This document shows, in pieces, positions 1 to 15,000 of a stretch of DNA of 64,000 nt (the first letter of the stretch is position 1; the number at the start of each line of letters is the position of its first letter). The stretch is from Eledone cirrhosa (taxonomy: Eukaryota). The position numbers were made by a program, and so were the translations under genes. The notes beneath the pieces were generated by a model that ran no database searches, had not been told where the DNA came from, and was given only the letters and a program-made list of their open reading frames with translations. The stretch is taken from contig OZ024744.1 of assembly GCA_964016885.1 (NCBI GenBank), positions 94,426,001 to 94,490,000 of the forward strand, in the 5' to 3' direction.

Positions 1-3000
1 CTTCACAGTGTGGGCTGGGTGCTTTTTGTCATGACACCAACACAACCACTTTACAGTGTGGGCTGGGTGCTTTTTGTCGTGACACCAACACAACCACTTT
101 ACAGTGTGGGCTGGGTGCTTTTTGTCGTGACACAAACACAGCCACTTTACAGTGTGGACTGGGAGCTTTTTGTCGTGACACCAACACAACCACTTTACAG
201 TGTGGGCTGGGTGCTTTTTGTCGTGACACCAACGCAACCACATTACAGTGTGGGCTGGGTGCTTTTTGTCGTGACACGAACACAACCACTTTACAGTGTG
301 GACTGGGTGCTTTTTGTCGTGACACCAACACAACCACTTTACAGTGTGGGCTGGGTGCCTTCTGTCGTGACACCAACACAACCACTTTACTGTGTGGGCT
401 GGGTGCTTTTTGTCGTGACACCAACACAACCACTTTACAGTGTGGACTGGGTGCTTTTTGTCGTGACACCAACACAACCACTTTAGAGTGTGGACTGGGT
501 GCTTCTTGTCGTGACACTTACATGACCACTTTACAGTGTAGGCTGGATGCTTTTTGTCGTGACACCAACACAACCACTTCACAGTGTGGACTGGGTGCTT
601 TTTGTCGTGACACCAACACAACCACTTCACAGTGTGGGCTGGGTGCTTTTTGTCATGACACCAACACAAGCACTTTAGAGTGTGGACTGGGAGCTTTTTG
701 TCGTAACACCAACACAACCACTTCACAGTGTGGGCTGGGTGCTTTTTGTCATGACACCAACACAACCACTTTACAGTGTGGACTGGGTGCTTTTTGTCGT
801 GACACTAACACAACCACTTTACAGTGTGGGCTGGGTGCTTTTTGTTGTGACACCTACACAACCACTTCACAGTGTGGGCTGGGTGCTTTTTGTCATGACA
901 CCAACACAACCACTTTACAGTGTGGACTGGGAGCTTTTTGTCGTGACACCAACACAACCACTTCACAGTGTGGGCTGGGTGCTTTTTGTCATGACACCAA
1001 AACAACCACTTTACAGTGTGGACTGGGTGCTTTTTGTCGTGACACTAACACAACCACTTTACAGTGTGGACTGGGAGCTTTTTGTCGTGACACCAACACA
1101 ACCACTTTACAGTGTGGGCTGGGTGCTTTTTGTCATGACACCAACGCAACCACTTTACAGTGTGGGCTGGGTGCTTTTTTTCGTGACACGAACACAACCA
1201 CTTTACAGTGTGGACTGGGTGCTTTTTGTCGTGACACCAACACAACCACTTTACAGTGTGGACTGGCTGCTTTTTGTCGTGACACTAACACAACCACTTT
1301 ACAGTGTGGGCTGGTCACTTTTTGTTGTGACACCAACACAACCACTTTACAGTGTGGACTGGGTGCTTTTTGTCGTGACACCAACACAACCACTTTACAG
1401 TGTGGGCTGGGTGCTTTTTGTCGTGACACCAACACAACCACTTTACAGTGTGGGCTGGGTGCTTTTTGTCATGACACCAAAACAACCACTTTACAGTGTG
1501 GACTGGGTGCTTTTTGTCGTGACACTAACACAACCACTTTACAGTGTGGACTGGGTGCTTTTTGTCATGACACTAATACAACCACTTTACAGTGTGGGCT
1601 GGGTACTTTTTGTCATGACACTAATACAACCACTTTACAGTGTGGGCTGGGTGCTTTTTGTCATGACACCTACATGACCACCTTACAGTGTGGAATGGGT
1701 GCTTTTTGTCGTGACACCAACACAACCACCTTACAGTGTGGGCTGGGTGCTTTTTGTCGTGACACCAACGCAACCACTTTACAGCGTGGGCTTGGTGCTT
1801 TTTGTCGCGACACCAACACAACCACTTTACAGTGTGGACTGGGTGCTTTTTGTTGTGACACCTACACAACCACTTCACAGTGTGGGCTGGGTGCTTTTTG
1901 TCATGACACCAACACAACCACTTTACAGTGTGGACTGGGAGCTTTTTGTCGTGACACTAACACAACCACTTTACAGTGTGGGCTGGGTGCTTTTTGTTGT
2001 GACACCTACAGAACCACTTCACAGTGTGGGCTGGGTGCTTTTTGTCATGACACCAACACAACCACTTTACAGTGTGGACTGGGAGCTTTTTGTCGTGACA
2101 CCAACACAACCACTTCACAGTGTGGGCTGGGTGCTTTTTGTCATGACACCAACACAACCACTTTACAGTGTGGACTGGGTGCTTTTTGTCGTGACACTAA
2201 CACAACCACTTTACAGTGTGGACTGGGAGCTTTTTGTCGTGACACCAACACAACCACTTTACAGTGTGGGCTGGGTGCTTTTTGTCGTGACACGAACACA
2301 ACCACTTTACAGTGTGGACTGGGTGCTTTTTGTCGTGACACCAACACAACCACTTTACAGTGTGGGCTGGGTGCCTTCTGTCGTGACATCAACACAACCA
2401 CTTTACAGTGTGGACTGGGTGCTTTTTGTCGTGACACTAACACAACCACTTTACAGTGTGGGCTGGGTGCTTTTTGTCGTGACACCAACACAAACACTTT
2501 ACAGTGTGGACTGGGTGCTTTTTGTCGTGACACCAACACAACCACTTTACAGTGTGGGCTGGGTGCTTTTTGTCGTGACACAAACACAACCACTTTACAG
2601 TGTGGGCTGGGTGCTTTTTGTCATGACACCTACATGACCACCTTACAGTGTGGGCTGGGTGCCTTCTGTCGTGACACCAACACAACCACTTTACAGTGTG
2701 GACTGGGTGCTTTTTGTCGTGACACTTACATGACCACTTTACAGTGTGGGCTGGGTGCTTTTTGTCATGACACCAACACAACCACTTTACAGTGTGGACT
2801 GGGTGCTTTTTGTCGTGACACTAACACAACCACTTTACAGTGTGGGCTGGGCGCTTTTTGTTGTGACACCTACACAACCACTTCACAGTGTGGGCTGGGT
2901 GCTTTTTGTCATGACACCAACACAACCACTTTACAGTGTGGACTGGGAGCTTTTTGTCGTGACACCAACACAACCACTTCACAGTGTGGGCTGGGTGCTT

Positions 3001-6000
3001 TTTGTCATGACACCAACACAACCACTTTACAGTGTGGGCTGGGTGCTTTTTGTCGTGACACCAACACAACCACTTTACAGTGTGGGCTGGGTGCTTTTTG
3101 TCGTGACACAAACACAGCCACTTTACAGTGTGGACTGGGAGCTTTTTGTCGTGACACCAACACAACCACTTTACAGTGTGGGCTGGGTGCTTTTTGTCGT
3201 GACACCAACGCAACCACATTACAGTGTGGGCTGGGTGCTTTTTGTCGTGACACGAACACAACCACTTTACAGTGTGGACTGGGTGCTTTTTGTCGTGACA
3301 CCAACACAACCACTTTACAGTGTGGGCTGGGTGCTTTCTGTCGTGACATCAACACAACCACTTTACAGTGTGGACTGGGTGCTTTTTGTCGTGACACTAA
3401 CACAACCACTTTACAGTGTGGGCTGGGTGCTTTTTGTCGTGACACCAACACAAACACTTTACAGTGTGGACTGGGTGCTTTTTGTCGTGACACCAACACA
3501 ACCACTTTACAGTGTGGGCTGGGTGCTTTTTGTCGTGACACAAACACAACCACTTTACAGTGTGGGCTGGGTGCTTTTTGTCATGACACCTACATGACCA
3601 CCTTACAGTGTGGGCTGGGTGCCTTCTGTCGTGACACCAACACAACCACTTTACAGTGTGGGCTGGGTGCTTTTTGTCGTGACACCAACACAACCACTTT
3701 ACAGTGTGGACTGGGTGCTTTTTGTCGTGACACCAACACAACCACTTTAGAGTGTGGACTGGGTGCTTTTTGTCGTGACACTTACATGACCACTTTACAG
3801 TGTAGGCTGGATGCTTTTTGTCGTGACACCAACACAACCACTTCACAGTGTGGACTGGGTGCTTTTTGTCGTGACACCAACACAACCACTTCACAGTGTG
3901 GACTGGGTGCTTTTTGTCGTGACACCAACACATCCACTTCACAGTGTGGGCTGGGTGCTTTTTGTCATGACACCAACACAACCACTTTACAGTGTGGACT
4001 GGGTGCTTTTTGTCGTGACACTAACACAACCACTTTACAGTGTGGGCTGGGTGCTTTTTGTTGTGACACCTACACAACCACTTCACAGTGTGGGCTGGGT
4101 GCTTTTTGTCATGACACCAACACAACCACTTTACAGTGTGGACTGGGAGCTTTTTGTCGTGACACCAACACAACCACTTCACAGTGTGGGCTGGGTGCTT
4201 TTTGTCATGACACCAAAACAACCACTTTACAGTGTGGACTGGGTGCTTTTTGTCGTGACACTAACACAAACACTTTACAGTGTGGACTGGGAGCTTTTTG
4301 TCGTGACACCAACACAACCACTTTACAGTGTGGGCTGGGTGCTTTTTGTCATGACACCAACGCAACCACTTTACAGTGTGGGCTGGGTGCTTTTTTTCGT
4401 GACACGAACACAACCACTTTACAGTGTGGACTGGGTGCTTTTTGTCGTGACACCAACACAACCACTTTACAGTGTGGACTGGCTGCTTTTTGTCGTGACA
4501 CTAACACAACCACTTTACAGTGTGGGCTGGTCACTTTTTGTTGTGACACCAACACAACCACTTTACAGTGTGGGCTGGGTGCTTTTTGTCGTGACACCAA
4601 TGCAACCACATTACAGTGTGGGCTGGGTGCTTTTTGTCGTGACACCAACACAACCACTTTACAGTGTGGGCTGGGTGCTTTTTGTCGTGACACCAACACA
4701 ACCACTTTACAGTGTGGACTGGGTGCTTTTTGTCATGACACTAATACAACCACTTTACAGTGTGGGCTGGGTACTTTTTGTCATGACACTAATTCAACCA
4801 CTTTACAGTGTGGGCTGGGTGCTTTTTGTCATGACACCTACATGACCACCTTACAGTGTGGAATGGGTGCTTTTTGTCGTGACACCTACACAACCACCTT
4901 ACAGTGTGGGCTGGGTGCTTTTTGTCGTGACACCAACGCAACCACTTTACAGCGTGGGCTTGGTGCTTTTTGTCGCGACACCAACACAACCACTTTACAG
5001 TGTGGACTGGGTGCTTTTTGTTGTGACACCTACTCAACCACTTCACAGTGTGGGCTGGGTGCTTTTTGTCATGACACCAACACAACCACTTTACAGTGTG
5101 GACTGGGAGCTTTTTGTCGTGACACTAACACAACCACTTTACAGTGTGGGCTGGGTGCTTTTTGTCATGACACCTACATGACCACCTTACAGTGTGGGCT
5201 GGGTGCTTTCTGTCGTGACACCAACACAACCACTTTACAGTGTGGACTGGGTGCTTTTTGTCGTGACACCAACACAACCACTTTAGAGTGTGGACTGGGT
5301 GCTTTTTGTCGTGACACTTACATGACCACTTTACAGTGTAGGCTGGATGCTTTTTGTCGTGACACCAACACAACCACTTCACAGTGTGGACTGGGTGCTT
5401 TTTGTCGTGACACCAACACAACCACTTCACAGTGTGGGCTGGGTGCTTTTTGTCATGACACCAACACAACCACTTTAGAGTGTGGACTGGGAGCTTTTTG
5501 TCGTGACACCAACACATCCACTTCACAGTGTGGGCTGGGTGCTTTTTGTCATGACACCAACACAACCACTTTACAGTGTGGACTGGGTGCTTTTTGTCGT
5601 GACACTAACACAACCACTTTACAGTGTGGGCTGGGTGCTTTTTGTTGTGACACCTACACAACCACTTCACAGTGTGGGCTGGGTGCTTTTTGTCATGACA
5701 CCAACACAACCACTTTACAGTGTGGACTGGGAGCTTTTTGTCGTGACACCAACACAACCACTTCACAGTGTGGGCTGGGTGCTTTTTGTCATGACACCAA
5801 AACAACCACTTTACAGTGTGGACTGGGTGCTTTTTGTCGTGACACTAACACAAACACTTTACAGTGTGGACTGGGAGCTTTTTGTCGTGACACCAACACA
5901 ACCACTTTACAGTGTGGGCTGGGTGCTTTTTGTCATGACACCAACGCAACCACTTTACAGTGTGGGCTGGGTGCTTTTTTTCGTGACACGAACACAACCA

Positions 6001-9000
6001 CTTTACAGTGTGGACTGGGTGCTTTTTGTCGTGACACCAACACAACCACTTTACAGTGTGGACTGGCTGCTTTTTGTCGTGACACTAACACAACCACTTT
6101 ACAGTGTGGGCTGGTCACTTTTTGTTGTGACACCAACACAACCACTTTACAGTGTGGGCTGGGTGCTTTTTGTCGTGACACCAATGCAACCACATTACAG
6201 TGTGGGCTGGGTGCTTTTTGTCGTGACACCAACACAACCACTTTACAGTGTGGGCTGGGTGCTTTTTGTCGTGACACCAACACAACCACTTTACAGTGTG
6301 GACTGGGTGCTTTTTGTCATGACACTAATACAACCACTTTACAGTGTGGGCTGGGTACTTTTTGTCATGACACTAATTCAACCACTTTACAGTGTGGGCT
6401 GGGTGCTTTTTGTCATGACACCTACATGACCACCTTACAGTGTGGAATGGGTGCTTTTTGTCGTGACACCTACACAACCACCTTACAGTGTGGGCTGGGT
6501 GCTTTTTGTCGTGACACCAACGCAACCACTTTACAGCGTGGGCTTGGTGCTTTTTGTCGCGACACCAACACAACCACTTTACAGTGTGGACTGGGTGCTT
6601 TTTGTTGTGACACCTACTCAACCACTTCACAGTGTGGGCTGGGTGCTTTTTGTCATGACACCAACACAACCACTTTACAGTGTGGACTGGGAGCTTTTTG
6701 TCGTGACACTAACACAACCACTTTACAGTGTGGGCTGGGTGCTTTTTGTCATGACACCTACATGACCACCTTACAGTGTGGGCTGGGTGCTTTCTGTCGT
6801 GACACCAACACAACCACTTTACAGTGTGGACTGGGTGCTTTTTGTCGTGACACCAACACAACCACTTTACAGTGTGGGCTGGGTGCTTTTTGTCGTGACA
6901 CTTACATGACCACTTTACAGTGTGGGCTGGGTGCTTTTTGTCATGACACCAACACAACCACTTTACAGTGTGGACTGGGTGCTTTTTGTCGTGACACTAA
7001 CACAACCACTTTACAGTGTGGGCTGGGCGCTTTTTGTTGTGACACCTACACAACCACTTCACAGTGTGGGCTGGGTGCTTTTTGTCATGACACCAACACA
7101 ACCACTTTACAGTGTGGACTGGGAGCTTTTTGTCGTGACACCAACACAACCACTTCACAGTGTGGGCTGGGTGCTTTTTGTCATGACACCAACACAACCA
7201 CTTTACAGTGTGGGCTGGGTGCTTTTTGTCGTGACACCAACACAACCACTTTACAGTGTGGGCTGGGTGCTTTTTGTCGTGACACAAACACAGCCACTTT
7301 ACAGTGTGGACTGGGAGCTTTTTGTCGTGACACCAACACAACCACTTTACAGTGTGGGCTGGGTGCTTTTTGTCGTGACACCAACGCAACCACATTACAG
7401 TGTGGGCTGGGTGCTTTTTGTCGTGACACGAACACAACCACTTTACAGTGTGGACTGGGTGCTTTTTGTCGTGACACCAACACAACCACTTTACAGTGTG
7501 GGCTGGGTGCTTTCTGTCGTGACATCAACACAACCACTTTACAGTGTGGACTGGGTGCTTTTTGTCGTGACACTAACACAACCACTTTACAGTGTGGGCT
7601 GGGTGCTTTTTGTCGTGACACCAACACAAACACTTTACAGTGTGGACTGGGTGCTTTTTGTCGTGACACCAACACAACCACTTTACAGTGTGGGCTGGGT
7701 GCTTTTTGTCGTGACACAAACACAACCACTTTACAGTGTGGGCTGGGTGCTTTTTGTCATGACACCTACATGACCACCTTACAGTGTGGGCTGGGTGCCT
7801 TCTGTCGTGACACCAACACAACCACTTTACAGTGTGGGCTGGGTGCTTTTTGTCGTGACACCAACACAACCACTTTACAGTGTGGACTGGGTGCTTTTTG
7901 TCGTGACACCAACACAACCACTTTAGAGTGTGGACTGGGTGCTTCTTGTCGTGACACTTACATGACCACTTTACAGTGTAGGCTGGATGCTTTTTGTCGT
8001 GACACCAACACAACCACTTCACAGTGTGGACTGGGTGCTTTTTGTCGTGACACCAACACAACCACTTCACAGTGTGGGCTGGGTGCTTTTTGTCATGACA
8101 CCAACACAACCACTTTAGAGTGTGGACTGGGAGCTTTTTGTCGTGACACCAACACAACCACTTCACAGTGTGGGCTGGGTGCTTTTTGTCATGACACCAA
8201 CACAACCACTTTACAGTGTGGACTGGGTGCTTTTTGTCGTGACACTAACACAACCACTTTACAGTGTGGGCTGGGTGCTTTTTGTAGTGACACCTACACA
8301 ACCACTTCACAGTGTGGGCTGGGTGCTTTTTGTCATGACACCAACACAACCACTTTACAGTGTGGACTGGGAGCTTTTTGTCGTGACACCAACACAACCA
8401 CTTCACAGTGTGGGCTGGGTGCTTTTTGTCATGACACCAAAACAACCACTTTACAGTGTGGACTGGGTGCTTTTTGTCGTGACACTAACACAACCACTTT
8501 ACAGTGTGGACTGGGAGCTTTTTGTCGTGACACCAACACAACCACTTTACAGTGTGGGCTGGGTGCTTTTTGTCATGACACCAACGCAACCACTTTACAG
8601 TGTGGGCTGGGTGCTTTTTTTCGTGACACGAACACAACCACTTTACAGTGTGGACTGGGTGCTTTTTGTCGTGACACCAACACAACCACTTTACAGTGTG
8701 GACTGGCTGCTTTTTGTCGTGACACTAACACAACCACTTTACAGTGTGGGCTGGTCACTTTTTGTTGTGACACCAACACAACCACTTTACAGTGTGGACT
8801 GGGTGTTTTTGTCGTGACACCAACACAACCACTTTACAGTGTGGGCTGGGTGCTTTTTGTCGTGACACCAACACAACCACTTTACAGTGTGGGCTGGGTG
8901 CTTTTTGTCATGACACCAAAACAACCACTTTACAGTGTGGACTGGGTGCTTTTTGTCGTGACACTAACACAACCACTTTACAGTGTGGACTGGGTGCTTT

Positions 9001-12000
9001 TTGTCATGACACTAATACAACCACTTTACAGTGTGGGCTGGGTACTTTTTGTCATGACACTAATACAACCACTTTACAGTGTGGGCTGGGTGCTTTTTGT
9101 CATGACACCTACATGACCACCTTACAGTGTGGAATGGGTGCTTTTTGTCGTGACACTAACACAACCACTTTACAGTGTGGGCTGGGTGCTTTTTGTTGTG
9201 ACACCTACACAACCACTTCACAGTGTGGGCTGGGTGCTTTTTGTCATGACACCAACACAACCACTTTACAGTGTGGACTGGGTGCTTTTTGTTGTGACAC
9301 CAACACAACCACTTCACAGTGTGGGCTGGGTGCTTTTTGTCATGACACCAACACAACCACTTTACAGTGTGGACTGGGAGCTTTTTGTCGTGACACTAAC
9401 ACAACCACTTTACAGTGTGGGCTGGGTGCTTTTTGTTGTGACACCTACAGAACCACTTCACAGTGTGGGCTGGGTGCTTTTTGTCATGACACCAACACAA
9501 CCACTTTACAGTGTGGACTGGGAGCTTTTTGTCGTGACACCAACACAACCACTTCACAGTGTGGGCTGGGTGCTTTTTGTCATGACACCAACACAACCAC
9601 TTTACAGTGTGGACTGGGTGCTTTTTGTCGTGACACTAACACAACCACTTTACAGTGTGGACTGGGAGCTTTTTGTCGTGACACCAACACAACCACTTTA
9701 CAGTGTGGGCTGGGTGCTTTTTGTCGTGACACCAATGCAACCACATTACAGTGTGGGCTGGGTGCTTTTTGTCGTGACACCAACACAACCACTTTACAGT
9801 GTGGGCTGGGTGCTTTTTGTCGTGACACCAACACAACCACTTTACAGTGTGGACTGGGTGCTTTTTGTCGTGACACTAATACAACCACTTTACAGTGTGG
9901 GCTGGGTACTTTTTGTCATGACATCAACACAACCACTTTACAGTGTGGACTGGGTGCTTTTTGTCGTGACACTAACACAACCACTTTACAGTGTGGGCTG
10001 GGTGCTTTTTGTCGTGACACCAACACAAACACTTTACAGTGTGGACTGGGTGCTTTTTGTCGTGACACCAACACAACCACTTTACAGTGTGGGCTGGGTG
10101 CTTTTTGTCGTGACACAAACACAACCACTTTACAGTGTGGGCTGGGTGCTTTTTGTCATGACACCTACATGACCACCTTACAGTGTGGGCTGGGTGCCTT
10201 CTGTCGTGACACCAACACAACCACTTTACAGTGTGGGCTGGGTGCTTTTTGTCGTGACACCAACACAATCACTTTACAGTGTGGACTGGGTGCTTTTTGT
10301 AGTGACACTTACATGACCACTTTACAGTGTGGGCTGGGTGCTTTTTGTCGTGACACCAACACAACCACCTTACAGTGTGGGCTGGGCGCTTTTTGTTGTG
10401 ACACCTACACAACCACTTCACAGTGTGGGCTGGGTGCTTTTTGTCATGACACCAACACAACCACTTTACAGTGTGGACTGGGAGCTTTTTGTCGTGACAC
10501 CAACACAACCACTTCACAGTGTGGGCTGGGTGCTTTCTGTCATGACACCAACACAACCACTTTACAGTGTGGGCTGGGTGCTTTTTGTCGTGACACCAAC
10601 ACAACCACTTTACAGTGTGGGCTGGGTGCCTTCTGTCGTGACACCAACACAACCACTTTACAGTGTGGGCTGGGTGCTTTTTGTCGTGACACCAACACAA
10701 CCACTTTACAGTGTGGACTGGCTGCTTTTTGTCGTGACACTAACACAACCACTTTACAGTGTGGGCTGGTCACTTTTTGTTGTGACACCAACACAACCAC
10801 TTTACAGTGTGGACTGGGTGTTTTTGTCGTGACACCAACACAACCACTTTACAGTGTGGGCTGGGTGCTTTTTGTCGTGACACCAACACAACCACTTTAC
10901 AGTGTGGGCTGGGTGCTTTTTGTCATGACACCAAAACAACCACTTTACAGTGTGGACTGGGTGCTTTTTGTCGTGACACTAACACAACCACTTTACAGTG
11001 TGGACTGGGTGCTTTTTGTCATGACACTAATACAACCACTTTACAGTGTGGGCTGGGTACTTTTTGTCATGACACTAATACAACCACTTTACAGTGTGGG
11101 CTGGGTGCTTTTTGTCATGACACCTACATGACCACCTTACAGTGTGGAATGGGTGCTTTTTGTCGTGACACCAACACAACCACCTTACAGTGTAGGCTGG
11201 GTGCTTTTTGTCGTGACACCAACGCAACCACTTTACAGCGTGGGCTTGGTGCTTTTTGTCGCGACACCAACACAACCACTTTACAGTGTGGACTGGGTGC
11301 TTTTTGTTGTGACACCTACACAACCACTTCAGAGTGTGGGCTGGGTGCTTTTTGTCATGACACCAACACAACCACTTTACAGTGTGGACTGGGAGCTTTT
11401 TGTCGTGACACTAACACAACCACTTTACAGTGTGGGCTGGGTGCTTTTTGTTGTGACACCTACAGAACCACTTCACAGTGTGGGCTGGGTGCTTTTTGTC
11501 ATGACACCAACACAACCACTTTACAGTGTGGACTGGGAGCTTTTTGTCGTGACACCAACACAACCACTTCACACTGTGGGCTGGGTGCCTTCTGTCGTGA
11601 CATCAACACAACCACTTTACAGTGTGGACTGGGTGCTTTTTGTCGTGACACTAACACAACCACTTTACAGTGTGGGCTGGGTGCTTTTTGTCGTGACACC
11701 AACACAAACACTTTACAGTGTGGACTGGGTGCTTTTTGTCGTGACACCAACACAACCACTTTACAGTGTGGGCTGGGTGCTTTTTGTCGTGACACAAACA
11801 CAACCACTTTACAGTGTGGGCTGGGTGCTTTTTGTCATGACACCTACATGACCACCTTACAGTGTGGGCTGGGTGCCTTCTGTCGTGACACCAACACAAC
11901 CACTTTACAGTGTGGGCTGGGTGCTTTTTGTCGTGACACCAACACAACCACTTTACAGTGTGGGCTGGGTGCTTTTTGTCGTGACACCAACACAACCACT

Positions 12001-15000
12001 TTACAGTGTGGGCTGGGTGCTTTTTGTCGTGACACAAACACAACCACTTTACAGTGTGGGCTGGGTGCTTTTTGTCATGACACCTACATGACCACCTTAC
12101 AGTGTGGGCTGGGTGCCTTCTGTCGTGACACCAACACAACCACTTTACAGTGTGGGCTGGGTGCTTTTTGTCGTGACACCAACACAATCACTTTACAGTG
12201 TGGACTGGGTGCTTTTTGTAGTGACACTTACATGACCACTTTACAGTGTGGGCTGGGTGCTTTTTGTCATGACACCAACACAACCACTTTACAGTGTGGA
12301 CTGGGTGCTTTTTGTCGTGACACTAACACAACCACCTTACAGTGTGGGCTGGGCGCTTTTTGTTGTGACACCTACACAACCACTTCACAGTGTGGGCTGG
12401 GTGCTTTTTGTCATGACACCAACACAACCACTTTACAGTGTGGACTGGGAGCTTTTTGTCGTGACACCAACACAACCACTTCACAGTGTGGGCTGGGTGC
12501 TTTTTGTCATGACACCAACACAACCACTTTACAGTGTGGGCTGGGTGCTTTTTGTCGTGACACCAACACAACCACTTTACAGTGTGGGCTGGGTGCTTTT
12601 TGTCATGACACAAACACAGCCACTTTACAGTGTGGACTGGGAGCTTTTTGTCGTGACACCAACACAACCACTTTACAGTGTGGGCTGGGTGCTTTTTGTC
12701 GTGACACCAACGCAACCACATTACAGTGTGGGCTGGGTGCTTTTTGTCGTGACACGAACACAACCACTTTACAGTGTGGACTGGGTGCTTTTTGTCGTGA
12801 CACCAACACAACCACTTTACAGTGTGGGCTGGGTGCTTTCTGTCGTGACATCAACACAACCACTTTACAGTGTGGACTGGGTGCTTTTTGTCGTGACACT
12901 AACACAACCACTTTACAGTGTTGGCTGGGTGCTTTTTGTCGTGACACCAACACAAACACTTTACAGTGTGGACTGGGTGCTTTTTGTCGTGACACCAAAA
13001 CAACCACTTTACAGTGTGGGCTGGGTGCTTTTTGTCGTGACACAAACACAACCACTTTACAGTGTGGGCTGGGTGCTTTTTGTCATGACACCTACATGAC
13101 CACCTTACAGTGTGGGCTGGGTGCCTTCTGTCGTGACACCAACACAACCACTTTACAGTGTGGGCTGGGTGCTTTTTGTCGTGACACCAACACAACCACT
13201 TTACAGTGTGGACTGGGTGCTTTTTGTCGTGACACCAACACAACCACTTTAGAGTGTGGACTGGGTGCTTTTTGTCGTGACACTTACATGACCACTTTAC
13301 AGTGTAGGCTGGATGCTTTTTGTTGTGACACCAACACAACCACTTCACAGTGTGGACTGGGTGCTTTTTGTCGTGACACCAACACAACCACTTCACAGTG
13401 TGGGCTGGGTGCTTTTTGTCATGACACCAACACAACCACTTTAGAGTGTGGACTGGGAGCTTTTTGTCGTGACACCAACACATCCACTTCACAGTGTGGG
13501 CTGGGTGCTTTTTGTCATGACACCAACACAACCACTTTACAGTGTGGACTGGGTGCTTTTTGTCGTGACACTAACACAACCACTTTACAGTGTGGGCTGG
13601 GTGCTTTTTGTTGTGACACCTACACAACCACTTCACAGTGTGGGCTGGGTGCTTTTTGTCATGACACCAACACAACCACTTTACAGTGTGGACTGGGAGC
13701 TTTTTGTCGTGACACCAACACAACCACTTCACAGTGTGGGCTGGGTGCTTTTTGTCATGACACCAAAACAACCACTTTACAGTGTGGACTGGGTGCTTTT
13801 TGTCGTGACACTAACACAAACACTTTACAGTGTGGACTGGGAGCTTTTTGTCGTGACACCAACACAACCACTTTACAGTGTGGGCTGGGTGCTTTTTGTC
13901 ATGACACCAACGCAACCACTTTACAGTGTGGGCTGGGTGCTTTTTTTCGTGACACGAACACAACCACTTTACAGTGTGGACTGGGTGCTTTTTGTCGTGA
14001 CACGAACACAACCACTTTACAGTGTGGACTGGCTGCTTTTTGTCGTGACACTAACACAACCACTTTACAGTGTGGGCTGGTCACTTTTTGTTGTGACACC
14101 AACACAACCACTTTACAGTGTGGACTGGGTGCTTTTTGTCGTGACACCAACACAACCACTTTACAGTGTGGGCTGGGTGCTTTTTGTCGTGACACCAACA
14201 CAACCACTTTACAGTGTGGGCTGGGTGCTTTTTGTCGTGACACCAACACAACCACTTTACAGTGTGGACTGGGTGCTTTTTGTCATGACACTAATACAAC
14301 CACTTTACAGTGTGGGCTGGGTACTTTTTGTCATGACACTAATACAACCACTTTACAGTGTGGGCTGGGTGCTTTTTGTCATGACACCTACATGACCACC
14401 TTACAGTGTGGAATGGGTGCTTTTTGTCGTGACACCAACACAACCACCTTACAGTGTGGGCTGGGTGCTTTTTGTCGTGACACCAACGCAACCACTTTAC
14501 AGCGTGGGCTTGGTGCTTTTTGTCGCGACACCAACACAACCACTTTACAGTGTGGACTGGGTGCTTTTTGTTGTGACACATACACAACCACTTCACAGTG
14601 TGGGCTGGGTGCTTTTTGTCATGACACCAACACAACCACTTTACAGTGTGGACTGGGAGCTTTTTGTCGTGACACTAACACAACCACTTTACAGTGTGGG
14701 CTGGGTGCTTTTTGTTGTGACACCTACAGAACCACTTCACAGTGTGGGCTGGGTGCTTTTTGTCATGACACCAACACAACCACTTTACAGTGTGGACTGG
14801 GAGCTTTTTGTCGTGACACCAACACAACCACTTCACAGTGTGGGCTGGGTGCTTTTTGTCATGACACCAACACAACCACTTTACAGTGTGGACTGGGTGC
14901 TTTTTGTCGTGACACTAACACAACCACTTTACAGTGTGGACTGGGAGCTTTTTGTCGTGACACCAACACAACCACTTCACAGTGTGGGCTGGGTGCTTTT

